From contig NW_002060949.1 in NCBI RefSeq assembly GCF_000150275.1, positions 5,203,006-5,267,005 of the forward strand: DNA of 64,000 nt, given 5' to 3'. Position 1 is the first letter of the stretch. Each line of letters opens with the position of its first letter. A program made the position numbers and the translations under genes. Positions 51,300-63,568 of this stretch are shown here, one piece after another. The notes below the pieces were generated by a model, which searched no databases, was not told the origin of the DNA, and saw nothing but the letters and a program-made list of their open reading frames with translations. The DNA is from Trichoplax adhaerens. Taxonomy: Eukaryota > Animalia > Placozoa.

Positions 51300-51600
51300 G
51301 GTAGGCTACAGTTCTGTACTGTAGGCTACAAGGCTATCCATTGTAGAAAGTACTGTAGCTGTCCTGTGATCATTACCCCTATCACTAGAAGAAGACCGGC
51401 TTAAAGCCTGTACTGTATTCTTAGGGTACTGTACTGTACACTGTACAGTCGTACTGTTCTGTATCTTTGAAATCTATTCTGCAGACCACGGTCTGGACTA
51501 GTCCGGACCGAATCGGACCAGACCAGAAGACATCTACAGTACGCTGTACTGTAGTAGAAGTTTCTGACTATAAACTGTGCACTGTAAGTAATACTGTACG
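51300..51600. promoter_or_regulatory. EBAG9/MED30 bidirectional promoter: ACTGT/ACAGT arrays around a 20-bp palindrome
   Basis: The palindrome ggtctggactagtccggacc at 51490-51509 is flanked by tactgtactgtacactgtacag and tacagtacgctgtactgtag; the divergent ATGs are 555 bp apart. Confidence 0.6.
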
Positions 51601-51638
51601 AAGGATCTGTGAGGTCAACTGACAAAGGAATATTTAAA

Positions 51639-52941
51639 ATGGCTGCTACTGAAGGCTGTCGTATTGTTAAGAGAATTTGCGATGAAAGCTTTAACCTTTT
51701 CAAATGGCTACATGAAGCAGATATTGGGGTGTATAAGGAGTCACAATATCACCTAGAGCAAACTGAAACGTTGAAGCAGAAATTAGATTCGATCAAAGCT
51801 TTATTTCGAAGTTTGCGCCTAGTCTATGAAGACTGCAATAGGAATGGAAAAATCGATGATCAAGAGGTACACAAGCGGCATGATGAAGTACTATACATGT
51901 CTAAATGATAAAATATTTCGCCTTTCTATACCTTCAAGGTTTAATCTCCAGATTTTTCATTCATTCAGATTAAGGAATTATTATTTAGTGACAACAACGA
52001 GGCCAAATCAACACAACGTGACAGCGATAAAGATGGATTGACAATGGAACGTCAGGAGCTAGAGGAGGTATTACTGTACTCTATGTAATGCCATGTTTTG
52101 GATACTTACATTCTACTTGCAATGTCATAATTTTTATAGCAATGACGGCAGTTTAGAACATTTTTACTACATGATGTATCTTAATATCCTAAAGTAAAAT
52201 ATAATAACTTATGCGTTGACGATTACGTGTTGCTTGAAATTATTACAATTACAACGTCGTTTCACTAGGCAGCCCTCGCAGTGACATTGAATGGATTGTT
52301 ACATGAATAATAATGATACATAATATACGTAATGCGATTGTATCCTAGCGTAATAAGCATAGATACGAAACAGTTTTTCGTTTACGCGATTATAAATCTG
52401 TTGCGTCAGTATAGTTAGAGAACAAATGTCACATACAGTAAAATATCGATGTTCATGTATATAAGTGGCTTGCAGATTAGTAATCGCAGATTCCAAGGAC
52501 GATATGAGCAGTAAAGCGTATAAGATATCGTATAGACTGCAGTATTCTCATGTAGATCGTAATCGTTAAGCATAGATTGTACTGCACACTACGGTATTAT
52601 TACAGTTAGTATTTTACCACGGCATAGACGGTGCAGTATAATAGGAAGATATCATTAACAGAAATGCGCAAATGAAATCGAAATCGTGATGGTGTAGTAC
52701 ATTAAATTTCGTAATCCACGAGTAGTATAGTATTTGCTTTTGTCATGTATCTTCCAGTATCTTCCTGTTACCTTAATGCATTTATTATAGTTGACACTCT
52801 GTCATACATCTTGGTATTTATGTAAACTCATTAACAAATTCTACTTTTTTGCAGCGAATAAAGGAAAAGAATCAGCAATTGAAGATTGTAATAGATCAAT
52901 TAAGGGAAACAGTATGGCAGATCAATGCCTTTACGACCTAA
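51639..52941 (+). CDS. MED30: Mediator complex subunit 30
   Basis: Exons 51639-51866, 51970-~52066 and 52855-52941: LFRSLRLVYEDCN and RIKEKNQQLKIVIDQLRETVWQINA match MED30 (LFRKLRLVYDKCN; KNQQLKQIMDQLRNLIWDINAM). Confidence 0.9.
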
Positions 52942-54422
52942 CTGTAACGTTATATGTTTTCACATTCTTAGAAAGTATTATTATAATTATTGCCCATTCT
53001 TGATTAGATTGCTGTACTTTACCAGATTTTTTTTGCGATTGAAGATGCGAATAGTACGGCGGACATGTGCGAAGTTTGTATATTTCATTATAATGAAAAT
53101 TATGTTTGACACGACAACTGATACATAAATAAGTAGCATAAATTGAAGTTAACTAATATCCATGATTCTATCGCATAGCTGTTATGAATTACTGAGCTAC
53201 ATATTTAAAATTGTATCATATTTAAGTTGTAATGCTTAAAGTTTTAAATTTCATCAATTGTATAAATTACTGTTTCATATAGCTTGCAAGAACAAAATAC
53301 TGTATACGTTCTTGTAGTTTGGGTGTAACATTTTAATATTATATTTAATATTTTATGTAGCTCTAACGGTAGAGAAAGTATTAATTATTATATGTATGGA
53401 AGCACGATATGTTTTATAAAAGTATTCAACATCTAACAAACTTTCAACTGCACATTCGTACAAAAATATTTTCATCATATACGTGATGATGGCTTACTTG
53501 ATTTTTGAAGCAAAATATCTATTCAAGTTAGTGTTACTTCAATTCCTTGTTAAAATTTTTGCATGTTCGACTCTCGTATAGACTAATAACAGCAATAGTA
53601 ACATGTTTATATTTCATACAAGTACCTGCAATGTTATCATCCTATCGCATAGCGATTTCTTATGCAGTAAAAGTTGCAATGATTAATGGCTACTTATACA
53701 TCATCCCAAATTCTGCATTTATTTTATTACAAGTTATTACAAATACATACTATTGATACTGTCAAAATAAAGGCAACTTAGCAAGCATTGTCATAATATT
53801 GTTAATTTAAAATCAGGTATAAAAACATTATAAGATTCGATCAAAGTTCAGATCATACGGATATTTACAGCATTAACATTATTTAATTATTTTAGGATTA
53901 ATTTCATAAAAGATGGCACTTAATAGCATATATCTATTAGTTATTTAATAATCTATAATACAATGGCATTTTGTATCACGAATTAAATGCATTAATATTA
54001 AGCTAACAGAGCGCAAGGACACTTACTGCAGACCGTGAGTTATGTTGAATAAAACACTATGCAAATAGACTATTAAATTTAAGTAGAAATTCAAATAGGA
54101 TTTCAATAGGACAGTATATAAGACTAAACTCACTTAAGGCATAAATAGCAAATTTAAGATGATTATGTCTGCTTGCAGTTTTCAGGACCAGTAAATACAG
54201 GCTACAATTACTGTCTATATACGCTAGTGTATCTACGAGAGCACATTATAATCAACGTTTCAGATACTAAATAAATAGCGTGCATTAACTACCTTGGGTA
54301 ATACCTATCTGTCGGCAATTACACTTGCAGTAACGTAGCAAACTAATGTAATGCTAAGACTTGGTATAGTTTTGGGAACCCGCTAAAATTCAAAAGTGCA
54401 ATAGGTAATAAAGAGATATTGT

Positions 54423-55064
54423 TTAGTTTTCCAGGGATTTGAGGTATTTCCTAACGCTGAATAATTTCTTTTTAAGAATCTTAAAACTTTCGTTATTACA
54501 ATCACAGTTCTTTAAGAGTAAATCGATGGAGTCATTGTCGTTAACTGTCTGATTAGTAAAAAAATCGAATAACGCTTCTTTTAAATTGCTGTTCTTGGCA
54601 TTCTGTTGTTCCAGATTTTCTGTTGTACTGTCCATTTCTGACCGAATTCTAGCCATCTCCTTCATTAATACACAACAAGATTGACTGTATTCTTCCACTT
54701 GATAAGTTAGTTGTTTCTTGATATTTAATGTGTCATTAAGTCTTCCCTTTAAATCTTCAGTCTCTTCTTTTAAATTTTCGATTTCTAATTGCCAGTCATT
54801 TGTTGTTACTTTGATATTATTTAATTTTGATGCATTTTGTGATAATAAATCAGTTAAGTGATCGTTTTTCTGTTTTAGTTCTCTTTGCGATATTGTAACA
54901 TCTTCAAGTTCGGTCCTTAATTTCTTGACTTCATCATTGCGCTCCTTCAGTAAATTATCCGATTCGCGCAAGGCATTTTCCAGGTTTATTACAGTCTTGT
55001 GCAATAACGAGTCGAGAGGTACGTCTTCGTCATCAGTTATTTCGTTGATTTCACTGTTAGACAT
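54423..55064 (-). CDS. Uncharacterised coiled-coil protein (213-aa uninterrupted ORF)
   Basis: Long open frame in AT-rich DNA with heptad-like E/K/L/N composition; no family recognised. Additional exons cannot be excluded. Confidence 0.65.
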   Translation of the reverse strand: MSNSEINEITDDEDVPLDSLLHKTVINLENALRESDNLLKERNDEVKKLRTELEDVTISQRELKQKNDHLTDLLSQNASKLNNIKVTTNDWQLEIENLKEETEDLKGRLNDTLNIKKQLTYQVEEYSQSCCVLMKEMARIRSEMDSTTENLEQQNAKNSNLKEALFDFFTNQTVNDNDSIDLLLKNCDCNNESFKILKKKLFSVRKYLKSLEN

Positions 55065-55439
55065 ACTGCTGTGAAGTGGCTAAATTAATATCATCAGCAT
55101 TACTAGTCATTCATGTTATAGTTATGTTATCTACTTTAGCTCAATACGGATGACGGACTAAGTAAACTGTGGTTGTAGATTGGATTTTATGCGATTAATT
55201 TTCTTTAATTCGATCCTCTCTCTATCATTGATAATTCGTATAGCCAAGTTGTCAGGATTTCTGGGATACAAAGGTGTATTTAAAGAAGACGTCCTACTAT
55301 TTTTAACTGTTGTTACAGAAATTGCCCAATTTTATTTTCAATTTTATCTTATTTATTAATTAATTAATTAAAGAACTGTTGCTATAACGATATTCCGTTC
55401 CGTTCCGCTTTCTTCTGGAATTAGTATGGGCGTTTCGAC

Positions 55440-55775
55440 GTACAGTACAAACAAAGCTTCATACTGTATCAACCAGTATCAAGTACTGTACTGTAGAGTA
55501 CTGTACTGTACTGTACAGTACTATCAACTCTGTGGGGTAACAAAATTGGAACGGGTTCAGTACGTAGTACAGTACTGTACTGTACTGTACTGCGACAGCA
55601 GCTGCTTAATACAGTATTTTGTATAGTGAAGTGAACGGTTTCAGATGTACTGTACTGTACATTACAGTACAGTACACTACAGTACAGTTGTACTGTACAT
55701 TATACACTGTACACTGTACAGTACACTGTAAAGCACAGCATACTGTACAGTACAGTGTACAGTACAGTACTGTAG
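55440..55775. repeat. Dense (ACTGT)n/(ACAGT)n pentamer array in the divergent promoter region (coiled-coil gene / RPLP1)
   Basis: For example gtactgtactgtactgtacagtac and tacagtacagtgtacagtacagtactgtag, in mixed orientation. Confidence 0.9.
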
Positions 55776-56204
55776 AATGATCGCGAGAACGATTAGCCTC
55801 CACATTTTTTTGCAGAGTCTCTACTATTTTAAGAGAAAAAAAGGAAGAGAAAATGTCCCTGATTATACTGCACCATAATTTGATAGGAGGACATAATGCG
55901 CCTACAAAGCAGTTTTATGCCCCAGTATTTAAACCCCATACCACGAGGATCTGAGTGTCTGACGGTGACGCCAAAAAGTACAAGAATATACCAAGGAAGT
56001 CCTTGATGCTCTTAGCTATACTGACCTTAGTACTGGATAGTAAGTACTATTGTACCAGTGACGCAGAGTGACTGTACTTGGCCAGCGCACTACTACGTGC
56101 AGCGTGTTGCAAGCTGTCCTAGTACGCAAGCGTAGCATCAGACTCCCAGACTACAAGACAATCGGAAAAATTGGCTCTTTTATATTGCTCCACGCATGTG
56201 ACAA

Positions 56205-56225
56205 TCCTTCTTTTCAGCTTCTCTG
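56205..56225 (+). promoter_or_regulatory. Polypyrimidine TCT/5'TOP-type initiator of RPLP1
   Basis: tccttcttttcagcttctct lies ~130 nt upstream of the ATG, with an AT-rich tttata ~28 nt further upstream. This is typical of ribosomal protein genes. Confidence 0.55.
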
Positions 56226-56345
56226 AGATATCGTTCTTGCGCCATTTTAGAGAAGGTGTATCGTTCTCTTGTAGCTAAGGCCATCCGGCGACGTACACCA
56301 TTTAAAGTTGTTGTGAAGAAAAGTTAAAGTGTTCATAAAGTACAA

Positions 56346-57252
56346 ATGGCATCAACATCTGAACTAGCGTGTGTATATAGTGCACTTATCTTAAGTGATG
56401 ATGAGGTCGAGATCACGGTAAGGAATTGGTATTTTTTTTCCTTGTCGACTTTGAATAGCCTTGCAGGGATGTCGATTTATACAGTACAGTGTGGCATACA
56501 GTCTGGAATCTTGGATGTGGTAGCTGATTTTGTATTTGAATGTATTGGTATCATTTAGGCGGATAAAATTACAGCATTACTGAAAGCTGCTAAAGTAGAC
56601 TACGAACCTTACTGGCCTAATCTTTTCGCCAAAGCACTCGCTGGTCGTAATATTAAGGATTTGATTACCAATGTCGGTTCCGGCGCTGCCGCAGCACCCG
56701 CTGCCGCTGCAGCTGGAGGTGGCGATGCTACTGATGCTCCTGCAGCAGAGAAGGAAGCTGAGAAGGAAGTAGAAGAAGAAGAATCTGACGATGATATGGG
56801 CTTTGGTAAGTTGATAAGACGCTCACGATGGCGTTAATAGGGTTACTTGTAATTGTACAGAATTTTAGACTACGAGTGCAATATTGCTAGGGGTTGTGTA
56901 GCAGTGAAAGCTGTGATATGATTACCGCCATACTGTACTATAGTTGATAATACACTGTACCCTAATGTACAGTATAGCGCCGTCAGTAGTCGCAGACTTG
57001 CCGAACTATTCAATATGAATAATGTTGATTGATATCCTTATTACTGATAAAATACAGTATGTGAGCATGATATGCAGTACGATTGATTACCCGTACGAAT
57101 ATAGTTAAGGTTAAGATGGACAGTATTTAGTGTCATGAGATTGTTACAATTTCCAAATAGTTACTTTGGTATTAAAACTTACTTTCTTCAATTGTCTTCG
57201 ATTGATTTAACTAATGTCTTATGCATTTGTGTTTTCAGGTTTATTCGATTAA
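56346..57252 (+). CDS. RPLP1: 60S acidic ribosomal protein P1
   Basis: Exons 56346-56417, 56559-56805 and 57239-57252: [51 protein letters not shown]...[15 protein letters not shown]. Confidence 0.98.
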
Positions 57253-57822
57253 ACATATACCTTAAGCAAGGATGATGTGAGAATCATTTGGCTATCAATA
57301 AAGTAAACGACTTTTAAGACAAAATTGGTCTTTGATTCTTTTTGAATATAAAACTCAAAACAATTTCGCAACTTCGATGCAGAATCGCAGTATTATATTG
57401 CAGTTATTACTTTATACCTATCTAAGTATCTATACTTTTCGTCGGTGCAGTCTCTACAGTATGTTAACGAAACATAAAATGAAAATAAGAGAAATTTGCG
57501 TAATGTATCATTGCATAAGGAAAGCTAGATAATCATCGCCTTTTAATAGTAAACGAGATGATTCAAAGAGCAAAGGATTATATTTTGAGGTACATCCAGC
57601 CTCGGATTTCGTAGTACATATTTTACTTTAGTTTATATATAATTTACTGTACAGCACATAGTATTATTTTTATTTCAGTTTTTTGATTGTACAGTATTCG
57701 AAAATGCAGTTGTGATTACAGTTATCACACGAATGCTTTATGTACAAGATATAATAACAGTTTTAAATTATTAGATTCTTACGGAAATATTCCAGAGTAA
57801 TGCAATAGTTCGATTCAAATCC

Positions 57823-58077
57823 ATTGACAAATTATGATTACAGTATATTCTCTTCAACTGAAATATACAGTGGCTTGACACCACGTGAACTTTTAATACT
57901 GTATTGTATCATTAGGAGATCAAGAAATGACAAAATTTCCCACATTAATGATTGACAAATTATGATTACAGTATATTATCTTAAATTAAAATATACAGTA
58001 GCGTAACAGCACGTAAACTTTATTACCGTACTATAACACCAGAGATCAAGAAATGATAAAATTTCCCGCACCAATGG
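57823..58077. repeat. Degenerate ~128-bp direct duplication between convergent RPLP1 and GTF3C2
   Basis: attgacaaattatgattacagtatatt at 57823 and 57951; both copies end gagatcaagaaatga.aaaatttccc. Confidence 0.85.
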
Positions 58078-58319
58078 CATGGGCAGTAATATGGAAAAAA
58101 CTTTTTAAGATACAATCGTATATACAGTATTTTTTATGGCAATCATTGATTTGTAGTTGTCCAAGTGATTATGTAGTATGATATTTATAATATAGCTAAT
58201 AAATATAGATATATAGTAAGTTTCGATCTGTTTTACATAACAGTATCGTAGTGAAATAATTTCATTAACACTTACAGTATAATGAATAATACTCTCAAAA
58301 TACATTCAAACAAATATTT

Positions 58320-61300
58320 TCAAGTATTGATATCTCCGAGAGCTGAAATATTGTGAAGACGTACCATACCACTTTTACTACCTGATAGCAACCAAGTATG
58401 ACAGTCGCGATTTGGGTTCCAAGAAACCTGTTAAACGAATCCAATTAAGAATATATAATTATTAGCAATTTTAATGACGTTACGTTTATGCGAAAATGCT
58501 CTAGTAGGAAACAAGAGAGTAATCAGTGTGATTTAATTTCTATGGTATCATAAACTGAGATTACCGCTTGAATAGCTTCATGTAAAGGTTTTTGCGAAGA
58601 CGCTGCTACAGGGTTATATTTAGAAGGTTTTGCTATTGAATAATCGCTTTTTGACCAGGATGTTTTATCCTTAGAAATATAGATTATATTAGTTTAATTT
58701 TATTACGTTTCAGTGCGATTCTCTAACGACTTTGTATGATTAATTTTACGGGCTTTAACATACTAAACCATATTCTTTATAAGTTATTATGTAGTCTTGA
58801 TCATTTGAGACGTTAGATTGGGTATTGTTTTCTATCTTTGATTCATATACGATCTAAGCCAAAATTTGAAAATAACAAATTAACTTTCCGACAAAATGTA
58901 TTTGGTAGTTTCTTCATAAAATAAGTCAACCACAAACTGACCCAGAAATATTTACTTCTTTGATTGAATTTTGTTGATATCGTTCCGCTAGTCAAAACTT
59001 GTGCAGTATTAAAACCGTATAGCTCCCCACACTCACTACCGCTTACGATATTAGTTGACCACTCTGAAAAGCTCTGAGCCTACCAAATGAAGAAGGATTT
59101 AATCTTGTTAGTCACCTAACAACTTATGTTGTTATTGAAGTAACATGTTAAGCTATTAATATAACATTTACTAACCAGGGAAGCGCCGCTATGTTTAATC
59201 AAATTCACAATTTGGGCGTCATTTCGGCTACTAATGTCTGTATAATTGGCGGTTCCGTATCTATTTTAAATTATAAGAAATGAAACCGTATTCTAAACTT
59301 ACTTCTTAAAACAAAAATATGAAAGTACCCAGAAGTAGAATCTTCTTCGGTGAGAAAAAGAAAACGTCGATGACGGGGCCAGACAATACTTGTAAACCAC
59401 CCTTGATAAAAAAATAGATATATTACGAAAGGTATAACAAATAGAGCCTGAGCTGATTTTAAAGGTTATATTGAAACCTTTCTTCCAAGACCGTATCGGC
59501 TTATTTAAATCACTAAAGTCCCATACTTTAATGCATCTGTCGTGTCCAGCTATGGTAAGTAAAAAATACGCGTACATAGGATATAGGAGATTCTGTACTA
59601 TTACATAAGAAATAGTATGTATGAAGATAAATTCATCTTTAAGTACCTGTTGCAAAGTAATCTCCATTCGATGGACACCATGCAATGCTACGGATAACAC
59701 TGTCATGTCCAGCAATAATGCGAAATGGAAAGTAGTCTATTCAATAATAATAATAATTAGATCCTTAAGGTAAACAAAAAAGGATTAAAATACAAGGCCA
59801 TCTTATTGCATAATGTACACGTACATCGAGTCATCTGAGATTCATTAAAATGATTACAAAGCAATAGCCGTGATTCCGTCATCAGATCCCATATTGCGAT
59901 TGTACCTAGGGTTTACATTTATATAGTTTTAATATAACTAAAATTTACGACATATAAAGTTTCAATGAAACTATTCCTATCAAAAATTTTAGTGCGTTAA
60001 CCATCTGCGAAGCCAGCAGCAAGGAAGCGATGTTGATTGCTTGACATCCATGCCAGGCATATTGCTTGGCCACTATTAGTAATGTCATCGTATTTAGGTA
60101 TTAAGATGGCATGTGGAATGATATTAAAGATCACTACATTTTGGTTAAAAAAAATATTTAAAAGGGTCAAACATTTTGATGCTTCTGAAACTTTTCTGCT
60201 GGTGCGGTATAGACTAACCTTCTTTGGTCTTTTGCTGTTGACGGAGACTTGCGGGCTGAGGTACACTGTATTAGGTACATGAATAATAAAAGTTACGTAA
60301 GATTAATGTTATTATCATCGTAATTGATGTATAATACTCGCCTTAATACGCGAACTTTGCCATCCCCACATGCCATTGCTAAAAGTCCAAGTCTGGATGA
60401 CTAGTTTTTAGTTTACAGTAGTATATTAATTCTTAATACCAAATAATATTAGTTTTTTACAAGTTCAGAATTTAACTTAACTTACTAAATCGGATTTTTC
60501 GTAAGTCTGTTGCTGCCAGCACCCCGATGGGCACCATTTCATGTCCCAAATAGGTCCATAGTCGTACGTAATACCGAGGGCTAGATAGGGTACTATTTTG
60601 TCTTGCCTGTAAGAGGTGATAGTAAATTACGTGGAGATTTATCAATTGTTAGAGATATGCATATTTTAATGTGGCACAGACCTTTTCTGTAATTTACCAC
60701 AATTCCAAAGTTGTATAATCCCGCGTGTCGTTTCACATTTGTAAATATTATGAGCCTTACAAGATAAAAACGGTACCACGTTTAAATGAAGCTTAGTTGT
60801 ACAGACGTGTCGATTAATTTATATCGAAGTATAATATTTACACACATGGGTCTGTGCTTTGTTAGTGCTAATCGCAACGTACTGTTCTGTCAGTTCTGCA
60901 TCATCTGTTAGAAACAAGGTTATGAGAAGTCCCTTCAAAAAAGGTATTAATTTAATTTAAATCTACATACCCGGAATAGGGCACCAAGCTACTGTCCAAA
61001 CAGGATCTCCAACAAATAACGCCGCCGAATTTGCTGCATATGCAAAATTAGATAAAACAATTTCATTTAGAATGGAAGTAATCAAAAATTGATTAAAAAA
61101 ATCTCGACATAATTAGGCATAAGATAAACAATCATCTTAAATTACCATCAGAATATACATATTTTGATTCGAATAATTTCAACTTTGTAAGATCCTCCAC
61201 ACATGACCTTTGGCAATTCAATTTGAAATACGGAGATTCTTTAGTGTCCGGAAGAAAGCCTACAAATTCACTATTTCATCGGATCATAAGTATTGATATA

Positions 61301-61675
61301 TCGGAAGTTAATACGTATCCAGTACAAGTTTAAATTTTATAAATTCAAATATTAGCGGAATCTAACTTTTCAGTAAGAGGTCGAACATGATTTGTAGTAG
61401 GTTTCCAGCCAGTAAATGTAATTTGACAATGTGTAGTTTGCCGACTAAAGCAAGAACAGAAGGTATGAGCGGAAGAAAATAAGTGGGTAATAATTACACT
61501 TTTTTCCTAACCTCTCTTTGATCCAATTAACGTTATTGTGAATAAAAGCTCTTAGAGGAAGAGATAATTTCATTGCTTGCTTTAATTTTATTTTACTGGT
61601 ACTCTTTCTCGCACCACTGACCAAGTAACTACTTTTATCACGATCTGAGGCAACATCCATTGCATAATCTGAGTC
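58320..61675 (-). CDS. GTF3C2: TFIIIC110 / general transcription factor 3C polypeptide 2, WD40 region
   Basis: Many short exons: FTGWKPT, FLPDTKESPYF, LFVGDPVWTVAWCPIP, QYVAIS, IIQLWNCGKL, LALGITYDYGPIWDMKWCPSGCW, RLGLLAMACGDGKVRVLSVPQP, CLAWM...FLAAGFADG, AGHDRCIKVWD, VSWNPNRDCHTWLLSGSKSGMVRLH. Stop TGA at 58322-58320. Confidence 0.9.
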
Positions 61676-61762
61676 CTTATGAAATCCCAAATTTTACTGC
61701 GATTATTCTTTAAGTTTAGATTTTAAATCTAAGGTTCTTGTTTATGGTGACGATACTATTAA

Positions 61763-63568
61763 CTTGCCTTATGAACAGTTTTAGAGTGATGCTTTAAGCC
61801 TGCCTCGGATTTGTATGTCATGTCACATTTATTGCATTGAAATCTGATTAAATCCTATACGATTTAAACATAATAACTAGCTGAGGATAGCGTAATTTTT
61901 CATATAATTCACAAAAATGTAGGGCTCATTTGCTTGGTATTAAATATTAAACTATATTCCAGGTTTGATATTTACCGATCCACACTTCTGTAGGTGATAT
62001 TTAAGCCCAGGAATTGTAGTAAAGACCGCGTTACACTCCTAACATCGATACATTGTGTAAAATTACGCTATCAATATTAATCTAAACTCACCGAAGCAGT
62101 TCTAAAATACAAGATTCTTAAATTACAATAATTAAAGCGAACGAGGATTGGAAACCTTATTAAGGCACTTAATAGCACCATTCTTCTTTAAGGCAACGCG
62201 AGCAGTCTTTATCGTGTTTTTATTTAATGCTACATCCTATTCCAGAATTAACAACAAGCAGTATTGAAGATTTCATTTTCTGAGATTTCAAAAATATATC
62301 GTTCGTTCTCAAAATTTTCTTAAATCGCCATAATTTTGAATTCCGTAAAATTGTAAACATGTTTATAGCCCAATGACCGTAGTGTATTAATGCATAATAT
62401 GTATACCTTATTGTTTCCACCTAGCTGGGTACTTTCAATTTCCACTTCATCGTCGTCAGCATTAGCTGTTGAAATTATTAATTCCGCGGCCCTAGCACGT
62501 TCAAAATTTTTCAAAAGCATAAAATGAATACGTGCAATTTAGACTTATTATTACGAAGTGTGATTACCATCTGATTTAGAATCGGATATTACTACAATGT
62601 TATGACGTGTATTTCGACTTGTATACGCATAATATCATCATATATACTATCAATTGATGTCGTATTATTCTTAATTACTTATCTTATAGTGTTATAAATT
62701 GATTAGGTGATATACAGTACATCACAAAAATATTGATCATCGTTCAGTAATCTGAATGGAATTGGTATTACACAGTAAATGACATTTATGTAGAATTGCA
62801 ACGATATTAACATGGCTATTGTTAGGCATAGTTAATATCATCAAGTAGTGATCGTTTACACTACAGCATCAGAAAGACTCGATGGCAGCACTGTAAGACA
62901 AGAGTATACAGGTAGATACATTACATGCCTATTTATGTATTAAATGCAAAATTGACTTGCTTTTACTGCATTTTATCAACTCCAAAGGCAATATCATATA
63001 AAGCATAAAAATATAACCAATAATTATTTGTAATAAAGCATACCTTACAGCAGACTTTCTCTTTTTATTTCCTATAACAACAGCAGAAGATTCTGCTTCT
63101 AAATCTTCTAGTCCGGTTGAGGACTGAAACATTTGCATATTTAAAGAGTTAACGAGAGATTAAGATTAAATGGTAAAATTGACAAATTAATTTGTTAATT
63201 TATAAAAACGACAATAAAGGTATTTCGACAAATCCACTGTACCTTATCAGTGCCATGAGAAACCTTCAGATGATACTGTAAACCGGCTTCTGAGGTATAG
63301 GTTTTATCACATAGTGTACATGTAATGATAGGTTTCTCCTAAATTAAAAAATTATTTTGTTGTTAATTTTTACGATTTTATATCAAGTATAAAATTGTTA
63401 TTGAGAGCTGATACAGTAATGTAAGTAATGACTTCATACCTGACCACAACGTTGCTGATGATAAATGTATCCACTAACTGTCTTGAAAAGAATAGAACAT
63501 TTCGGACATTCCAATTTTTTATTTTTTTTTAGTTGATCTTGCAACGATTTTCGATCCAAACTGATACT
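61763..63568 (-). CDS. ZNF512/ZNF512B-type paired CCHC+C2H2 zinc-finger exons (5' partial), apparently the N-terminal part of the GTF3C2 gene
   Basis: QLKKNKKLECPKCSILFKTVSGYIYHQQRCGQ-EKPIITCTLCDKTYTSEAGLQYHLKVSH...KRKSAVR...LKKNGAIKCLNK-ECNAVFTTIPGLKYHLQKCGS-DLIRFQCNKCDMTYKSEAGLKHHSKTVH. Confidence 0.8.

Noticed and set aside
55160-55300. Short minus-strand open frame upstream of the coiled-coil ORF
   Set aside because: No ATG, ends in a stop, and no compatible donor was found; more likely 5'UTR.
55426-55803. Cys/Tyr/Thr/Val-rich ORFs (also 11242-11487, 51401-51703, 7030-7327)
   Set aside because: Translation products of the ACAGT/ACTGT pentamer arrays (YCTVLY pattern).
56806-57238. Possible intronic snoRNA in RPLP1 intron 2
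   Set aside because: No clear C box (RTGATGA) and D box pair with terminal stem, nor an H/ACA layout, was found by eye; a covariance-model search would be needed.
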